Below are positions 1 through 11,849 of a DNA stretch of 64,000 nt, one piece after another. Location: positions 10,690,850-10,754,849 of the forward strand of contig NC_134029.1 of assembly GCF_964204645.1 (NCBI RefSeq). The letters are read 5' to 3'. The number at the start of each line of letters is the position of its first letter. Within the stretch, counting starts at the first letter, position 1. The translations under genes were made by a program, and so were the position numbers. This stretch comes from Tubulanus polymorphus. Lineage: Eukaryota > Animalia > Nemertea. The notes beneath the pieces were generated by a model, which had not been told where the DNA came from, did no database searches, and saw only the letters and a list, made by a program, of their open reading frames with translations.

Positions 1-56
1 GAGGAATAATATCAATACAATCAACTTTATCTTCCATTTATTTAGAATAAAAATTA

Positions 57-479
57 CTAATTAGTAAACTTATAAGCAACAAATATAACAATAACAGTTC
101 CACCTAAAATCCAAATTATTTCATATTTCTGTTGTTCTTTACTCGGGGTATAATAATCTGATAATTTAGGTTTGTATAGATGTAATTTTTCTTTATTGGT
201 TACTGCGTTATATAAACTCATTGCATCATCAACTGATTGAAAATCTCTGTGTGAAATCTTCTGATCATATAATTCTTTATTGATGTAATCCATATAGTTT
301 TGTCTCTTTTCTCTATATTCTTCTGCAGCTTTATTGTATTTCTCTAACGCTAAGTTATGTCTTCTTTGTTCTCCTAATGAACTATTTTTATCAATATGTT
401 TAAATAAATAACCACCACCAGTAAATGCTAAAGCGTTAACAATTGCCGATCCTATAATAGTTATAATTGCAGAAGCCAT
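57..479 (-). CDS. Polinton small membrane protein (140 aa; hydrophobic N- and C-termini, central helical segment)
   Basis: Intact ORF; homologs at 35259-35681 and 56624-57007. Confidence 0.8.
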   Translation of the reverse strand: MASAIITIIGSAIVNALAFTGGGYLFKHIDKNSSLGEQRRHNLALEKYNKAAEEYREKRQNYMDYINKELYDQKISHRDFQSVDDAMSLYNAVTNKEKLHLYKPKLSDYYTPSKEQQKYEIIWILGGTVIVIFVAYKFTN

Positions 480-503
480 TTATTTAGCAAAAAAATTATG
501 CAT

Positions 504-725
504 TTATATGGGAGGAATATATTTTTGTTTTTCCAAATAATCAATAGTTAAATTAGATAAAGTAACTGCTAACGTTAACTTTAAAATATCATTTATATCA
601 AATCTATCAAATCTATCACTTCCCATTTTGAATACTTTTTTTAATACCATTGAATAACCAACAGTTCCAACTGATAGTAATGCGCCATTATATAATCCAG
701 TTATTATCCACTTATTATCACTCAT
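504..725 (-). CDS. Polinton small hydrophobic protein (73 aa)
   Basis: Intact ORF; homologs at 57031-57252 and 35706-35926 (frameshifted). Confidence 0.75.
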   Translation of the reverse strand: MSDNKWIITGLYNGALLSVGTVGYSMVLKKVFKMGSDRFDRFDINDILKLTLAVTLSNLTIDYLEKQKYIPPI

Positions 726-1087
726 TTATTTATCAAAAAATTACTATCATCAAAATATTTAGTTATCTTATTTATGATTAATTCAACATTTATTTTATTA
801 CTAGTTTCATTTGTATATATTTCAATTATTATTTTTTTAATATCATCGATGATAAAATCTTCATCTAATTCATAAAATCTTAAAGATTCTCTTATTAAAT
901 TAGTAATCTTTTCTACATTTAAAGTTCTACATTTAAATCTATTGTTGTTTCATACTCAAATGTTGTTTCATTAGAAAATGCAATATTTTTAATATGTGTA
1001 ATTACATCAGTAATGTTAAATTTCATTTCTTTCTCACGTTTAAAATCAAATCCAAAACATATACTCGGTCCAACAGTTATATTCATT
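726..1087 (-). pseudogene. Frameshifted homolog of the 118-aa Polinton ORF
   Basis: DNA matches 35927-36283, with a short local duplication (ttctacatttaaa x2, ~912-937) breaking the frame. Confidence 0.7.
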
Positions 1088-1102
1088 TATATAGGTGAAA
1101 AA

Positions 1103-1858
1103 TTACTCTTTACATCTTATAACTAATTCATATATCACAGGAAAGTTATTCAAATCAATTAAGTATCCATTATGATTTCTTATTTCTAATTTAAAATTAT
1201 TAAATTTAGGAATGCAAGGTTTAAAATCACATTCTGTTAAATTATAATTTATTTGAGTTCCAAATTGTTTAACATTTTTTAGCGGTAAAATATTTAGTAT
1301 ACTAGAACTACAAATTGTTTCTTTAGTTGCTTCGAAAGTTTTTGTAGGCTCGATTAAATTGCAATAAATATAAAAGTGCGTAAAAGGTATTATATTTGAG
1401 CTGCCTTCTGCGTTTCCAGTAACTGTAAGTGGTTTAATTCCTAACATTTTAGCCAGTGGTTTGTTTACCATAAATTTATGTTGTTCATTAGATATCTTTA
1501 TTCTTATTTTATTAGTACTATCAATTTTATTAAATTTAATTTCAAATACAGAAGTGCCCCCGATTTTCAACCGAGCTCTTCTATTAATTTCCTGTGCTAA
1601 TGATTCTAAATTATATAATCCTGGTTTTAAAAATATATGAAACCATTTATCTTTATTTCTCATATAAATCATAAACCCTCTATGTTCAAAAGTTTTATCC
1701 GATACATTGTAAAAAGAATTACATAAACTTATATTAACTAATTTTAAATCAACACAATTCTTAAATTCTCTGTCTAATTGTACTAATAAATTATGTGATT
1801 TATAATTTGTAAGTTTTCTAGAATCAACAAATATTCTGTATTCTTTTAATTCCACCAT
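1103..1858 (-). CDS. Minor capsid (penton-like, single jelly-roll) protein
   Basis: 251 aa, beta-rich; pattern IFVDSR...NSFYNV...PGLYNL...YIYCNLI...LEIRNHNGYLIDLNN resembles Polinton/virophage minor capsid proteins. Confidence 0.7.
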   Translation of the reverse strand: MVELKEYRIFVDSRKLTNYKSHNLLVQLDREFKNCVDLKLVNISLCNSFYNVSDKTFEHRGFMIYMRNKDKWFHIFLKPGLYNLESLAQEINRRARLKIGGTSVFEIKFNKIDSTNKIRIKISNEQHKFMVNKPLAKMLGIKPLTVTGNAEGSSNIIPFTHFYIYCNLIEPTKTFEATKETICSSSILNILPLKNVKQFGTQINYNLTECDFKPCIPKFNNFKLEIRNHNGYLIDLNNFPVIYELVIRCKE

Positions 1859-1875
1859 TTATTTTACATATTTTC

Positions 1876-4800
1876 TTATTCGAAATCTATTTCATGGTGC
1901 CCTTTTTCATTCTTACCTTTATATACGAAATAGAAATCTCCAGAACATAATTCTTCTAGATCTTCACTTGATAATCTATGAAATCTATCTGGTAAATAAG
2001 TTCTGAATTTATATTTATTTCCTTTTAATCCTTCATATTCTAAATGAATTACTAATTTATCTCCATATTTATTAGTAATTGTTTCAATGTTAGTAATTAA
2101 ATATTTCTTGTGAATTGTTAACTCAGTTAGTTTTTTAAATTTATAATCTACAGATTTGACGCTTGAAGTATCTTTAATTCTATCTAAGAATTCACTGTGT
2201 ACTTGTTTACTCTCCAACTCTATCATTTCTTCACCACCCAATTCATCTTTGAATTTACCGGGAACTTTTTTATTATCATTGTTAAACAATTCATGATTTT
2301 TTGGATAGTTACTAAAATCAAAATGATGATTTAATGTTTTTAAATCATCTCTTATATTATCACTTTTTATCTTTAATATGTAAGAATCTGTATCAAAATA
2401 TAATATTTCTATATTCTTTTCTCCAAAATGGGGTTGTAATATATTATAATAGAATTCATACATTAGTAACTTTGATAATTCTAAAACTGCAGCTCCAACA
2501 TAAATCGGTTTATTGAATTTCATTGAAGTTCTTTTTAATTTAACTGCTGCTAAATTTTCATCAAATATTCTATTACCTATGAATTTCGGATACGATTGCA
2601 AATGTCTAATTCTTTTACCATTACTAACTAACTCAATATCACTTCTATTTCTAATATTTTCACATGTTTTTCCATAAAATGCATTATTCATCAATTTAAA
2701 AAAATCCTTCTCAAAATCTGTTTTAGATTTAGTTCTCTGTGTAGTATTAAAATCTATATATTTTTCTAACCATTTAGATTGATTAAATGAAATATATCTA
2801 TGTACTTTTTTAAATATCATTCCTTGTCTCAAATAAAACTTCAACATTCTATAATGTACTACATAATTATATTTATCTTCTTGAGTTACCATTAACTTTT
2901 CAGTATGAATATGATTATCGGGTTTAATTCTTTTTTGATAATTTGATAATTCCTCATGTTTAACAATTTTATGTTCGGGACAATATGCTAGATTTCTAGA
3001 TTTGAATTTAATATTTTCAGGGTATTCTAAATCTACAACAAAGAAGTAACCAGTATCTGAATCATCTGCAATATCTAGAATTCTTTTCTTCCAATCAAAT
3101 TTATCAATTTGTAAAACTTCAGTTATTTCAAACATCCCATAAGGTTGTGGTTCCATCATTGCCCAACCATAAAGATTATTTGCATCTATGTATAATAATT
3201 TATATCCAGGATTATCATTTACATTGAAATATCTATCACCCAATACACCTGAAACACCTCCTCTTATAGATTTTTCAAATAATAGTAATTGATCTATATT
3301 TGTTAACAAATCCATTTTTATATCTGTAAATTTTAATCCACAATCCCATGTTAATCCTGGGCTAGAATAACAATGACAAGGATCAATATTAAAATATTTT
3401 AGGTTTACATCTCTAAACCTTTCGAATATATCGGTTAATAATAATACATCTGATTTTAAATATAAATCTACTAATTGCCCATGATTTTCTATTTTGAAAT
3501 GATTCCAAATATTCAATGTTCTATTATAGACTTCATCTTTAACATATTCATTTTTTAATTCATCATAGAATTGTTCTTTCAATAATTCAGTTATTTTAAA
3601 ATCATTATGATTTTTATAGAAAGAATATGGAATTGCTCCTTTATATCTCATTAATTTAAAATCATCATAATTTGGGTAATATTCTTTTAATATCCTTAAT
3701 TCATCATCAACTAATGATTTTGATAAGTTATCTAATGAACTATTTAAAAATCTATATGAATCTATAAATCTTAGACAACCAAATTGGAATGATATATAAT
3801 TCTCAGATGTTTTAGCTAACATTTTAAATTTATAAGTTGGTATTTTATCTTTTGATCTATTTGAATTTAATATTTCTATTTCATTATTGATTTCTTCTAT
3901 TTTATAACATAGCTGTTTGATAAATAAATGTGCATCATATCCTGATAGATTATGAAATATAACTGGTACAAAGTTAATTTTCTTAGCTTGTAAATTACAA
4001 TTCTCATGTGCAGCGCCTCTAAACTTTCCATTCAAATGATCATGATCTCTTACTTTTTTATCTTTATAATTAAATATCTTTTCACAATAATAACATTTAT
4101 CTGCAAACTCAAATTCTTCTTTATCTTCTTCTGTCATAATTATTTCTATATTCTTATTTAACTTTTCATTAAATTTTATTTCATATTCAATTAATAAGTC
4201 ACAAAAATGATTGATAACATTTTCATTTCTATAATTATAATATTCACTTTCAATTAGTTCTGGATAATCAGATTTAATATATAACCCGAAAGCAGCAGCT
4301 GATTGATGAATCTTTTTAATTGTATTTGTTTTTGGTGGTTCATCTGAAAAATCATTTTCATTAGAATTTAATTTCTTTCTTTTATAATATATTTCTTTTC
4401 TATCTTGATCAGTTAATTCTTTATTTAATGATTCAAAATCTCCATATATTACAAATGGTACTTTATTTTTGTAATCCTATTTTTTGAATTCTAATATTTT
4501 ATCTTTTTCACTTGGTAAAACTAATTTACAATAATCATGATTATCACATAGTTGTTTATGATTTAATAATGTACTTTCATTACTGAATCTATGTAAACAT
4601 TTTCTACATAGATATATTTTATGGTGATCATTTTCTGATTTGAAAAATAAATCTATTTGTTTAATCCACATATAATGATTCTCATAATATAGTATATCTA
4701 TAACATCATTTGAATCATAATCTTTTGATAGATATAAAGGTTCTAATGTATAATGTTTAATATTATTTCCTTTTGTATTTGGTAATTTAATCAAATCAAA

Positions 4801-5892
4801 TACATTTATTTTAAGATTATTATCTCTTTCTATTTTTGGAACATTTTTAATTCTAACAGGATACTTATCTATCTTATAATTATTTTCAAATTGTTTATAA
4901 TGAGTTAATCTAAAACTATGTTGTTTATAATCTTCAACTGGGTGTAAACAACTTATTATAGCCCATATAAAACATTTATTATCAAAATTTTGTATATTTA
5001 TTACACCATTAGTTTTAAATGGTAGTTTAATATAACTTGTTCCATTTATACTATCATCTTTATAATATGATAAATTATTTTCATCAATTGGTTTTGATTT
5101 AGTTAACTTATTATATTTTGTGTTATAAACATGTAAAGTTATAAATATTATCTCATCAAATATTAAACCAGATCCTTCAAAATATTTCTCTTCTATTTTA
5201 GTGTTTACTTCATTATAACATTTATCTAATTTATCATCTATATGTTGTTTAGATATAATATGTTGTGAATGAGAATTTATATTATATATTGGTTTATCTT
5301 CAGATTTTATAAACTTTACTTTAACTGATATACTAATTTTAGGATATTCAACATCTGTAATTATTTTTATTATTTCTTTCATATTTTCTAAATGTTTTTT
5401 ATTTTCTTCTATTGTTTTTCCTTTATGAAATTTAAACTCGATAGCTGCTGGACCAATATCACTTTTAAATGCTTCGGTTATCTCTATATCTTTTTTATTA
5501 TCTAATGAATTAATATAATTTCTTACATCTTCCATGTATGGTCTTTTATTGTTTAATTTATTTTTTATTCTTTTAATTGTCTTCTGTTTCTTATCGTTAT
5601 CATTATCAAAATAATCTTCACCTAAAATATTATTATTCTTATTTCTAATATGACTTATAGATTTTAAATGTTCTTTATAATATCTTTTATCACTGAATGA
5701 TTGATTACATGTATCACATTTGTATGTTTCTTTTTCATTCTTTAATTCTTCTAATTTAGTTTCTAATATATCATCTTTATATTCTAGTTTCAATTTATTC
5801 TCTAAATGTGTTATAGTTTTATTGTGTCTTGCTTTTTGAGACTTATCTATATCGATATTACATGTTGGGCAGTAGTACTTATTTGCTTCCAT
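1876..5892 (-). pseudogene. polB: Protein-primed DNA polymerase B, intein-free allele; stop at 4477, frameshift near 4200, C-terminus deleted and fused in frame to the 117-aa ORF
   Basis: Exo motifs FHNLSGYD, FIDS, YLKSDV; pol motifs YIDANNLYG, KLMNNAFYGK, YFDTDS; endonuclease VII-like RDHDHLNGKFRGAAHENCN; N-terminal C2H2 fingers. Confidence 0.93.
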
Positions 5893-5974
5893 TTTAATAC
5901 TATATTTTTTATTAAAATTGATTTTAGAAGTTCAATGATTTAAATGTTATTCATATATATATGAATATTTTAAG

Positions 5975-6241
5975 AGTAATAGGGATAATGGGCTTTCAAG
6001 CTAAAGGTTGAACGGGCGGGTGAGTAAAAATGAAAAACATAAAAATAATTACAATTTCTACTTGAATTAGGAGTGAAACTCATGAAAATGAAAAATAAAT
6101 TCGAGCGTGTGAGAATTTATTTTTCATTTTCATGAGTTTCACTCCTAATTCAAGTAGAAATTGTAATTATTTTTATGTTTTTCATTTTTTACGAGCTCGA
6201 CCGTTCGACCTTTGGCTTGAAAGCCCATTATCCCTATTACT
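5975..6241. repeat. 267-bp near-perfect hairpin made of two inverted terminal repeats
   Basis: AGTAATAGGGATAATGGGCTTTC ... GAAAGCCCATTATCCCTATTACT; ~128-bp arms, ~10-nt loop. Confidence 0.95.
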
Positions 6242-6370
6242 ACTAACACTTTTAATGTTTAAAAATCTAACTCATACAAATATGAATATTGAAATAATGT
6301 TGTAAATATATACTTTTATATTGAATAATCTGTCAATTTAAATGTTATTCATGTATATGATTATTTTAAG

Positions 6371-6559
6371 AGTAATAGGGGTAATGGGCTTTCAGGTTAA
6401 AGGTTGAAGGGGCGAGTGAGTAAAAAATGAAAATAACAATAATTTACAGTTGAATTAGGAGTGTGCGCGACTAATTCAACTGTAAATTATTGTTATTTTC
6501 ACTTTTTTATGAGCTCGACCCTTCGACCTTTGATCTGAAAGCCCATTACCCCTATTACT
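6371..6559. repeat. 189-bp terminal hairpin of Polinton copy 1
   Basis: AGTAATAGGGGTAATGGGCTTTC ... GAAAGCCCATTACCCCTATTACT; ~88-bp arms. Confidence 0.95.
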
Positions 6560-9500
6560 GACGTTATTTGCGGGTCTCATGAAACACTTTCGTGCGCTCT
6601 TTTTAAATCTAAAATAGCATAAATACATGCGTGTTCGTTATAAACAAGGTTAAATTCCAAACGCACATGAAATATGGAGCCTGTATCACACGATATACAC
6701 ATCTTGAATTTTGTCTAACTACGTAGGCCCTTTCCAAATGGGAATTGTTCAGTTTTTTAACGGCCGACATTCAGCGGCACCTAAAAAACCGGTTTTATAG
6801 CACTTGAGATTTTCAGTGTAGGGCACATCTCTCATCGACTCGGCTCGCGGTCGGTGGTTTAATGGGAACACATCTGGTTGTTACTAGTTTAACAGTTGAC
6901 GAATTCAGAAAACTTTTTTCAAATGTCTTTGATAACTTTTTAAACATAGTATTCTTCTTAATTACATTTCGCTGATTCCATAGATATTTTTTCATGAAAA
7001 TTGATCCAGTTATAACGGATTTAAACATACATGTAAAATGATTATTTTCAAAATATTCAATTTTCTCCGATTTTGAAGAAATTCTGACACAATATCATCT
7101 CCACTCGACACATGATTTTACTTCGGCGCCTTTGAAGGGAGTGTCACTTGTTGTTGAGTTCATATTTAGTCAAACAAGAAGATATGCCTGATTCCTTTTT
7201 AGAATTTAGATTTCGACGGATATCATCAAATTACTAGAAAGGGGCAGCAGCTTTCGGTCATCCGCAAAAAATACCTAAAATGCTCTCCTAGGGTTATGGA
7301 AAAACATGTCACGAAACATACGGAAAATCCTTTGTTTGGTAGCCTGAAATTATTGAACTCTTAAATAGCAACATTCAGAGAAACAAAAACATTAGAATAT
7401 ATTCTCGCCCACCCTTTAAAAAAACAACGTGATTTCAATTGAAGATGACACGTAGCCTCATATCAAATGATATGAACGCAACAGAGCCTATTCATTCTCT
7501 TTACGAGGATGGGTCTCCACATTCATAGGATACGATACGAGATTCGTGGGTACGAATGATGAATACAACTGATAAAGCGCCAATTTCACTGATTCTTGCA
7601 CATAAAGGTGTTTTAGAGTAATCTAGTTAACAGGTGTGTTTTAGGAGTATTTTGAATTTAAACTCAAATCGGGGTTCATGACGAATATTGAGCATTCTAG
7701 GGCTGGAGCAAGAAACGTGTGGGATCGTCCGCCAATGGTATCACCAAAGAAATACTAAGGAGCCAGTGCGTGGTGGCTATTGAAAGCGACGACCGCATGT
7801 GCATTGATTGAATGACATCTCAAAAGTCAGATTATATAAAATTGAACATGATATATGGATAGGTTATTCCATATATACTGGTAAAAATGATGCCCAATAT
7901 GTGATATAAATGTTCAATTAAAAAGTAGAAACCGAATCCATAATTCAGTCTGGTATTGTTATAACATCAAACACTCAAGTTTAATCCTTTTCTAGATTGG
8001 TAGCCAGTGTAGATGAGCAAGAATAGTGGTCCATAATTTTAATGTGGACTGTTCAACAAGTTGGAGGTTGTGTAGAGATGAATGAGTTTAAAATGGGGTG
8101 GAATTTAGATAATACTGTTTAAATGTCTGTTACTCAATCTTTTTATTGATCATAAAAAATTGTGGTAAAATATTTGACTCTAGGGTTGTTTTTAGATTGT
8201 ATCTCTCCACGCCAGAGGTAATCACGGATATTGGACTACACAAAATTCCTTGTGTACAGCTCAACTTTTTAAATCCCTGGAAAAGCTCGCCACGGATATA
8301 TCTCAGTAATGATTAATTTTCCCACAAATTCTCCCCTTCGAAAAACCTAAACAACCAATGTACGCTTGCTCTAAGTTTGCCAATGCACTATTGTTACCTT
8401 TTCTAGCCATTTGCACTAGCTGTTTGTCGCAAATAGATTGCATCCTCTATTACAGGAGTAAAGGATACAGCTCTGGGACCCGTTTCTCAAAAGATAGTTT
8501 AAATTAACCATCATCCAATATGATACATGACTAAATACACTGAAAAAGATCATTTATGTACACATTTCAAATTTCAAACCATGTTTTATCATTAGAAAAT
8601 TACGACACAACGTTCGATCTTTCACTAGAGATAATCTTTTTGAATTTGTACACTGAGTTTTCGTATCGTATTATCGTATTTTCAATTCTCTGCTTTTGAG
8701 TCAACGAGTACAAAGTTATTTTAGCAATGAAAATTTAATTGTCATTATAAATGTTAACTATCCACTGGTAAACTTACTAACTTTTGGCAACTGACCTTAG
8801 ATCGTGGAATGGTCTCAGGTGGCCTGCTGATCCACTCTTTATTTATACTACTAAAGAAATATACAGTATAAGACGTAAAAAGTATATGAACATATTATTT
8901 ATCTTTATATCGCGATAATTCGTGTACGTATGATTGAAAAACGATATTCTATCGAATCTCATGGTACTTATGATTATTGTGTATAGAATCAATAATAAGC
9001 TACCCTCCACGGATACGAAGCAGCCTAAGTTTACATCCTACCAAAATTATCGTCGAAACTCTCAGCATCATTTCAAGGGTCGGTCTTAGAAAATATATGA
9101 AGGACGTGTTCACAGGTTAACGAGGCCAAAAATCTTCCCCAAAATTTCAAATTTTTACAAGCAAAGATAATATACTTCATGCTTTTGGTGCAGAAAAAAA
9201 ATACATGTCCACAAAATGCAAATTGTGTTTTCAAAGTAAACGATTGAGTGTGGAATTGTTTCGAATTCAAGGTTTTTCCATTAACACTTCGGTATTTTTC
9301 AATAAGATAAGTCAAACTATTGTTGTGATGGCTATTTGAATACTTCATCATTATATTGAAAGATATGTTATACTTAATGCATCTTTTCTTAGGCCTTACA
9401 GCTTTCTCTATTGGTTAGCGTTGTGATCACTCAAAATTAACCATAAGTTTGAATTCTCACTGATCTACTACATCTCTATAACAAAAATATATTTCATATC

Positions 9501-9674
9501 AGGCAATTAGCTTTGATCTGTGGTCAGTGGACTGCAGCTACGAAACATTTAAAACTACTACATTATCATTCCATCTATTCATGTATATATAATTATGATA
9601 TGATATCTTCTTTGTTCAGTTTAAAAGTCTTGATCGTAAAAGTTTGACAAGTCTCGCATGTTGGTACCGATACG

Positions 9675-11417
9675 CACGTTCACGCGAGTGAAATGTGCAC
9701 GTTACAGGCTCAAATGCGCACGTTACAATTACAAATGGAAACGTTGTTCGTTCAAAACCCTACGTAAAAATCTTATGCATTTTAGCGGAATTTCAAAGTT
9801 AGCTCGTTACCTACAACAAAAATCGGACAAGACTTTTTCAAGCGACAAATTTAAATGTAAGAGCTAGTAGTACTAACGAAAGATTCACTAAACATATAAA
9901 TTACTTATGGGGGTTCTGGTTAGCACTGGTTACTGGTCTGTACTGGTCAAGCATTGGTCAGTTAAACAATTTTTAGATTAATGCCCACATCATATCTAGT
10001 TATTTGACACCAAACAACTTAATTGTTTGCAAACAAATAATTTACTATATGGTCAGTACTGGTCATGCATTGGTCAGTTAGAAGACCATGGTCCACGCCA
10101 CATTTGATACCAAACATGATTGGATTGTGTCGTTTCGAAAATTTTCTGTTGGGCAATTTGTGGTCAGCCCTGGTTCGTTAGGTTCTTATTTTGCGGGCAT
10201 TTTATCTCGAACCACCGAAAGACCGAATCACTAATTGATTCACCAGATCGTTAATTGCTGAAAATGAAGATTAGTGTTTAACTAATAGTCCTTTTCTGAA
10301 CAAAATGTCTCTGGTATGGGTCCTATGGAATCATGTCCTTAACTGTACACCGTACTGTATCTTTGTACTGTATCTTTTTATGTTCACTACTACCGTAATT
10401 GACTATAATGTTTTCAAGTGGTCTTAAGTACCGCTAATAGCCGAAAGTCGTTGATTTATGTGAAATTTACATATAGCGCCACCCTTTGATAGTAAAGCTA
10501 ACCCGAGCAATACGGGTGTTAAATAGATACGCTAGCAAACCGGCATTCTCATAATGCCTCAGTTCTGCACAATCCAATCATGTGTGGTATCAACTCGTGG
10601 CGTGGACCTTGTCTATTAACTGACCAATGCATGACCAGTACTAGCCATATAGTAAATTAATTGTTTTGCAATCAATAAAGTTGTTTGGTGTCAAATAACT
10701 AGATATGATGTGGACATTAATCTAAAAATTGTTTAACTGACCAATGCCAGACCAGTACTGACCAGTTACCAGTGCTAACCAGAAAGTAATTTATATCTTT
10801 ATTAAGCAATAAAATCGTGTTTGGGCGTCGAGCGACTAGATATGGTGCAGGCTATGATCTAACAACTATCTAACTGACCAATTTTTTACCAATACTGACC
10901 ACATAGCTATATGAATCTGTTTCGGAAACAACTACCGGTAACTTGTCTATTTTAGAAGCAACACAGTCGTGTTTGGTGTCAAATAATTAGATGTGGTGTG
11001 GGCTTTCATCTAACAACTATTCAACTGACCAATTCTTGACCAATACTGCCCACGTAGCTCTATATGGATCTGTTTCGGAAACAACTAGTCGTGTCTGGTA
11101 TCAAATGATTTCATTTGGCCTGAACGTAAATCTCTTTTACCTGTACAAGCTACATCAGTACTGTCTAATTACCGGTTAAATATTTTTAGAAATGACACTG
11201 GGTATTGCCTGAATCCTTCGTTGGTACTACTAGCTCTAACATTTAAATTTGTCGCTGGAAAAATTCTTGTCCGATTTTTGTTGTAGGTAGCGAGCTAACT
11301 TTGAACTTTTCCACTAAATGCATAAGATTTTTACGTAGGGTAACAACGTTTTACGATTTGTAATTGTAACGTGCGCATTTGAGCCTGTAACGTGCACATT
11401 TCACTCGCGTGAACGTG
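9675..11417. mobile_element. Non-autonomous foldback-type DNA element with long inverted repeats
   Basis: Outer IR ~9675-9887 / 11210-11417 (CACGTTCACGCG...CGCGTGAACGTG); inner IR ~9900-10130 / 10568-10795; internal subrepeats containing AACTGACCAAT; no TSD found. Confidence 0.75.
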
Positions 11418-11849
11418 TAACAAAATTTCATTTCTCAAGACAGATACCATCCTTGCTTGCCAGGGGTCCGGTATCACTCCCGAACTCGCTTCCACCATCC
11501 CCCTGGCCTCACGAAGCGTGATTTCATTACTGGCGCTGTTGTTGCGCATGACGTCATATATCGATTTGCGAAATACTTCCTTGTTCAGTAAAACGTTCGT
11601 TGATTGGTCCATTTAACCATATGAAGAGATGGCGCTTCTTGCAGTGAACACACGCTAAAACTGTCCTGTTAAAGAATGCCGAAATCAGCACTGAAAACAT
11701 TGATACGTTTCTGATGTCCGTCGTCTATTATCGGATGAAGAGTAGCGCTATATATTCCCCAGAAATTGGTAGGAAATAACTCATTGTAAGTTGTGAACTT
11801 TTGATCGTTTATATCTTGTCTACGGTTCCGTCAGTGTCGTCGATCCAAG

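Larger units (their letters stand above)
1..6559 (-). mobile_element. Polinton/Maverick (adintovirus-like) copy 1, right portion; left part lies outside the window
   Basis: Same gene order and near-identical ORFs as copy 2 (144aa start, 140aa, 73aa, 118aa, penton-like, pPolB); ends in ...GCCCATTACCCCTATTACT at 6559, the reverse complement of the copy 2 left terminus. Confidence 0.93.

Noticed and set aside
8476-8800. Harbinger-like MITE start GGGACCCGTTTCTCAAAAG
   Set aside because: The matching right TIR is too degenerate and there is no TSD.
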